Source of the DNA: Laetmonice hystrix
Taxonomy: Eukaryota
DNA: 64,000 bases
Assembly (NCBI GenBank): GCA_965235115.1
Contig: OZ249436.1
Span: 24,430,001-24,494,000, forward strand
Direction: 5' to 3'
Below the pieces are notes generated by a model, which was not told where the DNA came from, did not search any database, and saw nothing but the letters and a program-made list of their open reading frames with translations. How positions within the stretch are numbered: position 1 is the first letter of the stretch; every line of letters starts with the position of its first letter. The position numbers and the translations under genes were made by a program. Shown here one piece after another: positions 1 to 10,700 of this stretch.

Positions 1-885
1 ACAAATAACAGGATTCAGGGCTTCCTACCACGTTACAAGTCACAATAGATTGCTGCCTGTCGTAAAAATATACCAGACCATTTTAAAAAGTCACAGAACC
101 CCAATCCGGCCCTAATATGTCACTCCCAGTACCAATAGACGCTGGAAGCACCATCAACTGAAATTCAGGCCTAGAACCCACCTCTCTCTACCAATATCAT
201 GCACCTAGTCCGTATACGAGGTTGTAATTTCCTTTAATCAACGGGCTGCGCCGCAGCAACCCACTCTGGTCTTTGCAATCTTTTTCAATATGCGTTAACA
301 TTTGTGACCAGCTCAACGCGCCTTGTAAAATTTTTCAAAGTGCGTAAAAGTGTGTGTCCACCCCGACACGCTTTCCAAACCACTATACCCACCGAGCGAC
401 ATCCACTCAAATACAGGCTTCGACCGATCCTCACTGTGCCAATAATCCGCCACAAGGCAAATTCAGTCAATGCAAGCTGGAAAATCGAATGTCAAACCTA
501 ATGCTCCCCCCCCAGCACGTTAACTGAAAAAAATCAACTAGCTTGAAAACTAGAATATAGCTTTGTTTAGCTAACAATCTACTCTCCCAGCGCCATCAAC
601 TCGCATACAGGCGTAAAAGCAAACGCACTGCCCCATATAATGCTCCCAGCATAAAACGATGTTGCAATTAATTTAAAATTAACAAGATGCACTAGTAATC
701 CGATCCAAGCTTAATTACGTCATTGCTAGTTTCATAACCAAATCTCACAGAAAATACCCCACCCGGGCACATAACCTGAAAATATTCAACTTTTATCTCC
801 AATGTATCCCTGTGCACCTAGTAGCACCCAAGCGGGCCCAATTTTGACATTCCAACACAAATACCGCAAATACCCGCCTAATGGC
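1..885. repeat. Half-unit H1 (885 bp) of the dimeric unit; first copy shown, present in every unit
   Basis: Colinear with 886-1753: CAAGTCACA 37/909, TTAACATTTG 295/1141, TAGCTTGAAAACTAGAATATAGCTTTG 539/1436, TTAACAAGATGCACTA 679/1547, ATTTTGACATT 841/1709. The boundary phase is arbitrary (set by window start). Confidence 0.95.
506..513 (+). repeat. Length-variable poly-C tract (C7-C12), one per unit; first copy shown
   Basis: CTAATRCT(C)nAGCACG: C8 in U1/U2, C10 in U3, C11 in U9/U20/U21/U22/U30/U35, C7 in U32, C12 in U37. It explains most of the 1751-1755 bp unit-length variation. Confidence 0.9.
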
Positions 886-1753
886 ACAAAAAACTTTCTA
901 CCCCGTTGCAAGTCACATTAGCTTGCTGCTTGTCGTAAAAAATGGTGCAGACCATTTCTAAAGTCACAGTACCCCACTCCCGGCCTAATATTACGTTTCA
1001 GTATCCATATACGCTGCAAGCGGCAGGAACTCGAATACAGGCCTAAAAGTAACCCCAGTCTAGCAATATCATACTCTCATGCCATATACGAGCTTGTAAT
1101 TATCTTTAATTAATGGGCTCCGCAGCACCAACCCACTGCATTAACATTTGTTTAACAGCTTAACGCACCTTGTAAAAAAATTTTCAAGTGCGTAAAAATG
1201 CGTGTCCACCTCCACATACTTTAAAAATCACTATACCCACCCAGCGACATTCACTCTAATACACGCCTAAGAGGAACTTCACTGTCCCATTTGATTCTCC
1301 AGCACGTATAGGATGTTTCAAGTAACATTTATCCACGGTCTGGCCCAATAACGTGCAACAAGGCATAGTAAGTCAATGCGACCTCGCATGTCAAACCTAA
1401 CCCGCCCCCCAGCACATGAGCTGAAAATATTCAAATAGCTTGAAAACTAGAATATAGCTTTGCTTAATACCATTATACCATCAACTCGCATTACAGGCCT
1501 AATGCGAAGCTCCCAGCCTAAAACGAGTTTCCAATTAATTTAAAGTTAACAAGATGCACTAATAATCGATTCCAAGCCTAATTAGGCCATTGCTAGTTGG
1601 ATAACCAAATCTCATACAAAATACACCCTCCCGGCAGATGACCTGAGAATATTCAACTCTTATGTCCGATATATCCCTGTCCGCTTAGTAGCACCCAGCC
1701 GGGCCCCCATTTTGACATTGCAACACCAATACAGCAAGTGCCCAGCTAACAGC
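886..1753. repeat. Half-unit H2 (868 bp), diverged paralogue of H1; first copy shown
   Basis: Same anchors as H1. Identity by eye is roughly 70-85% depending on segment, with several 10-60 bp indels (anchor offsets 885, 872, 846, 906, 897, 868). Confidence 0.95.
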
Positions 1754-4700
1754 ACAAATAACAGGATTCAGGGCTTCCTACCACGTTACAAGTCACAATA
1801 GATTGCTGCCTGTCGTAAAAATATACCAGACCATTTTAAAAAGTCACAGAACCCCAATCCGGCCCTAATATGTCACTCCCAGTACCAATACACGCTGGAA
1901 GCACCATCAACTGAAATTCAGGCCTAGAACCCACCTCTCTCTACCAATATCATGCACCTAGTCCGTATACGAGGTTGTAATTTACTTTAATCAACGGGCT
2001 GCGCCGCAGCAACCCACTCTGGTCTTTGCAATCTTTTTCAATATGCGTTAACATTTGTAACCAGCTCAACGCGCCTTGTAAAATTTTTCAAAGTGCGTAA
2101 AAGTGTGTGTCCACCCCGACACGCTTTCCAAACCACTATACCCACCGAGCGACATCCACTCAAATACAGGCTTCGACCGATCCTCACTGTGCCAATAATC
2201 CGCCACAAGGCAAATTCAGTCAATGCAAGCTGGAAAATCGAATGTCAAACCTAATGCTCCCCCCCCAGCACGTTAACTGAAAATAATCAACTAGCTTGAA
2301 AACTAGAATATAGCTTTGTTAAGCTAACAATCTACTCTCCCAGCGCCATCAACTCGCATACAGGCGTAAAAGCAAACGCACTGCCCCATATAATGCTTCC
2401 AGCCTAAAACGATGTTGCAATTAATTTAAAATTAACAAGATGCACTAGTAATCCGATCCAAGCCTAATTACGTCATTGCTAGTTTCATAACCAAATCTCA
2501 CAGAAAATACCCCACCCGCGCACATAACCTGAAAATATTCAACTTTTATCTCCAATGTATCCCTGTGCACCTAGTAGCACCCAAGCGGGCCCAATTTTGA
2601 CATTCCAACACAAATACCGCAAATACCCGCCTAATGGCACAAAAAACTTTCTACCCCGTTGCAAGTCACATTAGCTTGCTGCTTGTCGTAAAAAATGGTG
2701 CAGACCATTTCTAAAGTCACAGTACCCCACTCCCGGCCTAATATTACGTTTCAGTATCCATATACGCTGCAAGCGGCAGGAACTCGAATACAGGCCTAAA
2801 AGTAACCCCAGTCTAGCAATATCATACTCTCATGCCATATACGAGCTTGTAATTATCTTTAATTAATGGGCTCCGCAGCACCAACCCACTGCATTAACAT
2901 TTGTTTAACAGCTTAACGCACCTTGTAAAAAATTTTCAAGTGCGTAAAAATGCGTGTCCACCTCCACATACTTTAAAAATCACTATACCCACCCAGCGAC
3001 ATTCACTCTAATACACGCCTAAGAGGAACTTCACTGTCCCATTTGATTCTCCAGCACGTATAGGATGTTTCAAGTAACATTTATCCACGGTCTGGCCCAA
3101 TAACGTGCAACAAGGCATAGTAAGTCAATGCGACCTCGCATGTCAAACCTAACCCGCCCCCCAGCACATGAGCTGGAGATATTCAAATAGCTTGAAAACT
3201 AGAATATAGCTTTGCTTAATACCATTATACCATCAACTCGCATTACAGGCCTAATGCGAAGCTCCCAGCCTAAAACGAGTTTCCAATTAATTTAAAGTTA
3301 ACAAGATGCACTAATAATCGATTCCAAGCCTAATTAGGCCATTGCTAGTTGGATAACCAAATCTCATACAAAATACACCCTCCCGGCAGATGACCTGAGA
3401 ATATTCAACTCTTATGTCCGATATATCCCTGTCCGCTTAGTAGCACCCAGCCGGGCCCCCATTTTGACATTGCAACACCAATACAGCAAGTGCCCAGCTA
3501 ACAGCACAAATAACAGGATTCAGGGCTTCCTACCACGTTACAAGTCACAATAGATTGCTGCCTGTCGTAAAAATATACCAGACCATTTTAAAAAGTCACA
3601 GAACCCCAATCCGGCCCTAATATGTCACTCCCAGTACCAATAGACGCTGGAAGCACCATCAACTGAAATTCAGGCCTAGAACCCACCTCTCTCTACCAAT
3701 ATCATGCACCTAGTCCGTATACGAGGTTGTAATTTACTTTAATCAACGGGCTGCGCCGCAGCAACCCACTCTGGTCTTTGCAATCTTTTTCAATATGCGT
3801 TAACATTTGTGACCAGCTCAACGCGCCTTGTAAAATTTTTCAAAGTGCGTAAAAGTGTGTGTCCACCCCGACACGCTTTCCAAACCACTATACCCACCGA
3901 GCGACATCCACTCAAATACAGGCTTCGACCGATCCTCACTGTGCCAATAATCCGCCACAAGGCAAATTCAGTCAATGCAAGCTGGAAAATCGAATGTCAA
4001 ACCTAATGCTCCCCCCCCCCAGCACGTTAACTGAAAATAATCAACTAGCTTGAAAACTAGAATATAGCTTTGTTAAGCTAACAATCTACTCTCCCAGCGC
4101 CATCAACTCGCATACAGGCGTAAAAGCAAACGCACTGCCCCATATAATGCTCCCAGCCTAAAACGATGTTGCAATTAATTTAAAATTAACAAGATGCACT
4201 AGTAATCCGATCCAAGCCTAATTACGTCATTGCTAGTTTCATAACCAAATCTCACAGAAAATACCCCACCCGCGCACATAACCTGAAAATATTCAACTTT
4301 TATCTCCAATGTATCCCTGTGCACCTAGTAGCACCCAAGCGGGCCCAATTTTGACATTCCAACACAAATACCGCAAATACCCGCCTAATGGCACAAAAAA
4401 CTTTCTACCCCGTTGCAAGTCACATTAGCTTGCTGCTTGTCGTAAAAAATGGTGCAGACCATTTCTAAAGTCACAGTACCCCACTCCCGGCCTAATATTA
4501 CGTTTCAGTATCCATATACGCTGCAAGCGGCAGGAACTCGAATACAGGCCTAAAAGTAACCCCAGTCTAGCAATATCATACTCTCATGCCATATACGAGC
4601 TTGTAATTATCTTTAATTAATGGGCTCCGCAGCACTAACCCACTGCATTAACATTTGTTTAACAGCTTAACGCACCTTGTAAAAAATTTTCAAGTGCGTA

Positions 4701-7700
4701 AAAATGCGTGTCCACCTCCACATACTTTAAACATCACTATACCCACCCAGCGACATTCACTCTAATACACGCCTAAGAGGAACTTCACTGTCCCATTTGA
4801 TTCTCCAGCACGTATAGGATGTTTCAAGTAACATTTATCCACGGTCTGGCCCAATAACGTGCAACAAGGCATAGTAAGTCAATGCGACCTCGCATGTCAA
4901 ACCTAACCCGCCCCCCAGCACATGAGCTGGAGACATTCAAATAGCTTGAAAACTAGAATATAGCTTTGCTTAATACCATTATACCATCAACTCGCATTAC
5001 AGGCCTAATGCGAAGCTCCCAGCCTAAAACGAGTTTCCAATTAATTTAAAGTTAACAAGATGCACTAATAATCGATTCCAAGCCTAATTAGGCCATTGCT
5101 AGTTGGATAACCAAATCTCATACAAAATACACCCTCCCGGCAGATGACCTGAGAATATTCAACTCTTATGTCCGATATATCCCTGTCCGCTTAGTAGCAC
5201 CCAGCCGGGCCCCCATTTTGACATTGCAACACCAATACAGCAAGTGCCCAGCTAACAGCACAAATAACAGGATTCAGGGCTTCCTACCACGTTACAAGTC
5301 ACAATAGATTGCTGCCTGTCGTAAAAATATACCAGACCATTTTAAAAAGTCACAGAACCCCAATCCGGCCCTAATATGTCACTCCCAGTACCAATAGACG
5401 CTGGAAGCACCATCAACTGAAATTCAGGCCTAGAACCCACCTCTCTCTACCAATATCATGCACCTAGTCCGTATACGAGGTTGTAATTTACTTTAATCAA
5501 CGGGCTGCGCCGCAGCAACCCACTCTGGTCTTTGCAATCTTTTTCAATATGCGTTAACATTTGTGACCAGCTCAACGCGCCTTGTAAAATTTTTCAAAGT
5601 GCGTAAAAGTGTGTGTCCACCCCGACACGCTTTCCAAACCACTATACCCACCGAGCGACATCCACTCAAATACAGGCTTCGACCGATCCTCACTGTGCCA
5701 ATAATCCGCCACAAGGCAAATTCAGTCAATGCAAGCTGGAAAATCGAATGTCAAACCTAATGCTCCCCCCCCCAGCACGTTAACTGAAAAAAATCAACTA
5801 GCTTGAAAACTAGAATATAGCTTTGTTTAGCTAACAATCTACTCTCCCAGCGCCATCAACTCGCATACAGGCGTAAAAGCAAACGCACTGCCCCATATAA
5901 TGCTCCCAGCCTAAGACGATGTTGCAATTAATTTAAGATTAACAAGATGCACTAGTAATCCGATCCAAGCCTAATTACGTCATTGCTAGTTTCATAACCA
6001 AATCTCACAGAAAATACCCCACCCGCGCACATAACCTGAAAATATTTAACTTTTATCTCCAATGTATCCCTGTGCACCTAGTAGCACACAAGCGGGCCCA
6101 ATTTTGACATCCCAACACAAATACCGCAAATACCCGCCTAATGGCACAAAAAACTTTCTACCCCGTTGCAAGTCACATTAGCGTGCTGCTTGTCGTAAAA
6201 AATGGTGCAGACCATTTCTAAAGTCACAGTACCCCACTCCCGGCCTAATATTACGTTTCAGTATCCATATACGCTGCAAGCGGCAGGAACTCGAATACAG
6301 GCCTAAAAGTAACCTCAGTCTAGCAATATCATACTCCCATGCCATATACGAGCTTGTAATTATCTTTAATTAATGGGCTCCGCAGCACCAACCCACTGCA
6401 TTAACATTTGTTTAACAGCTTAACGCACCTTGTAAAATTTTTTCAAGTGCGTAAAAATGCGTGTCCACCTCCACATACTTTAAAAATCACTATACCCACC
6501 CAGCGACATCCACTCTAATACACGCCTAAAAGGAACTTCACTGTCCCATTTGATTCTCCAGCACGTATAGGATGTTTCAAGTAACATTCATCCACGGTCT
6601 GGCCCAATAACGTGCAGCAAGGCATAGTAAGTCAATGCGAGCTCGCATGTCAAACCTAACCCGCCCCCAAGCACATGAGCTGAAAATATTCAAATAGCTT
6701 GAAAACTAGAATATAGCTTTGCTTAATACCATTATACCATCAACTCGCATTACAGGCCTAATGCGAAGCTCCCAGCCTAAAACGAGTTTCCAATTAATTT
6801 AAAGTTAACAAGATGCACTAATAATCGATTCCAAGCCTAATTAGGCCATTGCTAGTTGGATAACCAAATCTCATACAAAATACACCCTCCCGGCAGATGA
6901 CCTGAGAATATTCAACTCTTATGTCCGATATATCCCTGTCCGCTTAGTAGCACCCAGCCGGGCCCCCATTTTGACATTGCAACACCAATACAGCAAGTGC
7001 CCAGCTAACAGCACAAATAACAGGATTCAGGGCTTCCTACCACGTTACAAGTCACAATAGATTGCTGCCTGTCGTAAAAATATACCAGACCATTTTAAAA
7101 AGTCACAGAACCCCAATCCGGCCCTAATATGTCACTCCCAGTACCAATAGACGCTGGAAGCACCATCAACTGAAATTCAGGCCTAGAACCCACCTCTCTC
7201 TACCAATATCATGCACCTAGTCCGTATACGAGGTTGTAATTTACTTTAATCAACGGGCTGCGCCGCAGCAACCCACTCTGGTCTTTGCAATCTTTTTCAA
7301 TATGCGTTAACATTTGTGACCAGCTCAACGCGCCTTGTAAAATTTTTCAAAGTGCGTAAAAGTGTGTGTCCACCCCGACACGCTTTCCAAACCACTATAC
7401 CCACCGAGCGACATCCACTCAAATACAGGCTTCGACCGATCCTCACTGTGCCAATAATCCGCCACAAGGCAAATTCAGTCAATGCAAGCTGGAAAATCGA
7501 ATGTCAAACCTAATGCTCCCCCCCCAGCACGTTAACTGAAAAAAATCAACTAGCTTGAAAACTAGAATATAGCTTTGTTTAGCTAACAATCTACTCTCCC
7601 AGCGCCATCAACTCGCATACAGGCGTAAAAGCAAACGCACTGCCCCATATAATGCTCCCAGCCTAAGACGATGTTGCAATTAATTTAAGATTAACAAGAT

Positions 7701-10700
7701 GCACTAGTAATCCGATCCAAGCCTAATTACGTCATTGCTAGTTTCATAACCAAATCTCACAGAAAATACCCCACCCGCGCACATAACCTGAAAATATTCA
7801 ACTTTTATCTCCAATGTATCCCTGTGCACCTAGTAGCACCCAAGCGGGCCCAATTTTGACATTCCAACACAAATACCGCAAATACCCGCCTAATGGCACA
7901 AAAAAACTTTCTACCCCGTTGCAAGTCACATTAGCTTGCTGCTTGTCGTAAAAAATGGTGCAGACCATTTCTAAAGTCACAGTACCCCACTCCCGGCCTA
8001 ATATTACGTTTCAGTATCCATATACGCTGCAAGCGGCAAGAACTCGAATACAGGCCTAAAAGTAACCCCAGTCTAGCAATATCATACTCTCATGCCATAT
8101 ACGAGCTTGTAATTATCTTTAATTAATGGGCTCCGCAGCACCAACCCACTGCATTAACATTTGTTTAACAGCTTAACGCACCTTGTAAAAAATTTTCAAG
8201 TGCGTAAAAATGCGTGTCCACCTCCACATACTTTAAACATCACTATACCCACCCAGCGACATTCACTCTAATACACGCCTAAGAGGAACTTCACTGTCCC
8301 ATTTGATTCTCCAGCACGTATAGGATGTTTCAAGTAACATTTATCCACGGTCTGGCCCAATAACGTGCAACAAGGCATAGTAAGTCAATGCGACCTCGCA
8401 TGTCAAACCTAACCCGCCCCCCAGCACATGAGCTGGAGATATTCAAATAGCTTGAAAACTAGAATATAGCTTTGCTTAATACCATTATACCATCAACTCG
8501 CATTACAGGCCTAATGCGAAGCTCCCAGCCTAAAACGAGTTTCCAATTAATTTAAAGTTAACAAGATGCACTAATAATCGATTCCAAGCCTAATTAGGCC
8601 ATTGCTAGTTGGATAACCAAATCTCATACAAAATACACCCTCCCGGCAGATGACCTGAGAATATTCAACTCTTATGTCCGATATATCCCTGTCCGCTTAG
8701 TAGCACCCAGCCGGGCCCCCATTTTGACATTGCAACACCAATACAGCAAGTGCCCAGCTAACAGCACAAATAACAGGATTCAGGGCTTCCTACCACGTTA
8801 CAAGTCACAATAGATTGCTGCCTGTCGTAAAAATATACCAGACCATTTTAAAAAGTCACAGAACCCCAATCCGGCCCTAATATGTCACTCCCAGTACCAA
8901 TAGACGCTGGAAGCACCATCAACTGAAATTCAGGCCTAGAACCCACCTCTCTCTACCAATATCATGCACCTAGTCCGTATACGAGGTTGTAATTTACTTT
9001 AATCAACGGGCTGCGCCGCAGCAACCCACTCTGGTCTTTGCAATCTTTTTCAATATGCGTTAACATTTGTGACCAGCTCAACGCGCCTTGTAAAATTTTT
9101 CAAAGTGCGTAAAAGTGTGTGTCCACCCCGACACGCTTTCCAAACCACTATACCCACCGAGCGACATCCACTCAAATACAGGCTTCGACCGATCCTCACT
9201 GTGCCAATAATCCGCCACAAGGCAAATTCAGTCAATGCAAGCTGGAAAATCGAATGTCAAACCTAATGCTCCCCCCCCAGCACGTTAACTGAAAAAAATC
9301 AACTAGCTTGAAAACTAGAATATAGCTTTGTTTAGCTAACAATCTACTCTCCCAGCGCCATCAACTCGCATACAGGCGTAAAAGCAAACGCACTGCCCCA
9401 TATAATGCTCCCAGCCTAAGACGATGTTGCAATTAATTTAAGATTAACAAGATGCACTAGTAATCCGATCCAAGCCTAATTACGTCATTGCTAGTTTCAT
9501 AACCAAATCTCACAGAAAATACCCCACCCGCGCACATAACCTGAAAATATTTAACTTTTATCTCCAATGTATCCCTGTGCACCTAGTAGCACACAAGCGG
9601 GCCCAATTTTGACATCCCAACACAAATACCGCAAATACCCGCCTAATGGCACAAAAAACTTTCTACCCCGTTGCAAGTCACATTAGCGTGCTGCTTGTCG
9701 TAAAAAATGGTGCAGACCATTTCTAAAGTCACAGTACCCCACTCCCGGCCTAATATTACGTTTCAGTATCCATATACGCTGCAAGCGGCAGGAACTCGAA
9801 TACAGGCCTAAAAGTAACCTCAGTCTAGCAATATCATACTCCCATGCCATATACGAGCTTGTAATTATCTTTAATTAATGGGCTCCGCAGCACCAACCCA
9901 CTGCATTAACATTTGTTTAACAGCTTAACGCACCTTGTAAAATTTTTTCAAGTGCGTAAAAATGCGTGTCCACCTCCACATACTTTAAAAATCACTATAC
10001 CCACCCAGCGACATCCACTCTAATACACGCCTAAAAGGAACTTCACTGTCCCATTTGATTCTCCAGCACGTATAGGATGTTTCAAGTAACATTCATCCAC
10101 GGTCTTGCCCAATAACGTGCAGCAAGGCATAGTAAGTCAATGCGAGCTCGCATGTCAAACCTAACCCGCCCCCAAGCACATGAGCTGAAAATATTCAAAT
10201 AGCTTGAAAACTAGAATATAGCTTTGCTTAATACCATTATACCATCAACTCGCATTACAGGCCTAATGCGAAGCTCCCAGCCTAAAACGAGTTTCCAATT
10301 AATTTAAAGTTAACAAGATGCACTAATAATCGATTCCAAGCCTAATTAGGCCATTGCTAGTTGGATAACCAAATCTCATACAAAATACACCCTCCCGGCA
10401 GATGACCTGAGAATATTCAACTCTTATGTCCGATATATCCCTGTCCGCTTAGTAGCACCCAGCCGGGCCCCCATTTTGACATTGCAACACCAATACAGCA
10501 AGTGCCCAGCTAACAGCACAAATAACAGGATTCAGGGCTTCCTACCACGTTACAAGTCACAATAGATTGCTGCCTGTCGTAAAAATATACCAGACCATTT
10601 TAAAAAGTCACAGAACCCCAATCCGGCCCTAATATGTCACTCCCAGTACCAATAGACGCTGGAAGCACCATCAACTGAAATTCAGGCCTAGAACCCACCT

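Noticed and set aside
285..501. Recurrent 61-aa (-) and 65-aa (+) ORFs
   Set aside because: Short, overlapping on opposite strands, non-ATG starts and no recognisable domain. The paralogous H2 region has no matching ORF in the track. The 65-aa ORF is lost in B/F units and the 61-aa ORF in U29. Their recurrence simply reflects DNA repetition.
1394..1410. Telomere-like CCTAACCC
   Set aside because: A single occurrence per unit, not tandem.
539..1462. CRISPR-like array based on the 27-bp repeated box
   Set aside because: Intervening sequences are ~850-870 bp and are themselves repeated rather than unique spacers; no cas genes.
1..1753. Tandem RNA-gene cluster (5S rRNA, U snRNA, spliced-leader RNA, tRNA) suggested by unit size
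   Set aside because: I saw no conserved 5S, U1/U2, SL or tRNA T-loop signature on either strand, and the internal sub-repeat structure spans the unit. An Infernal/Rfam and tRNAscan-SE run would be decisive.
3859..4053. 64-aa ORF present only when the poly-C is C10 (63 aa with C7): possible phase-variable gene
   Set aside because: The frame change is a by-product of homopolymer slippage or sequencing error, and there is no coding evidence.
7798..7980. 60-aa (-) ORF in U5, U12 and U25
   Set aside because: Created by one extra A in an A-tract of some E units; useful only as a haplotype marker.
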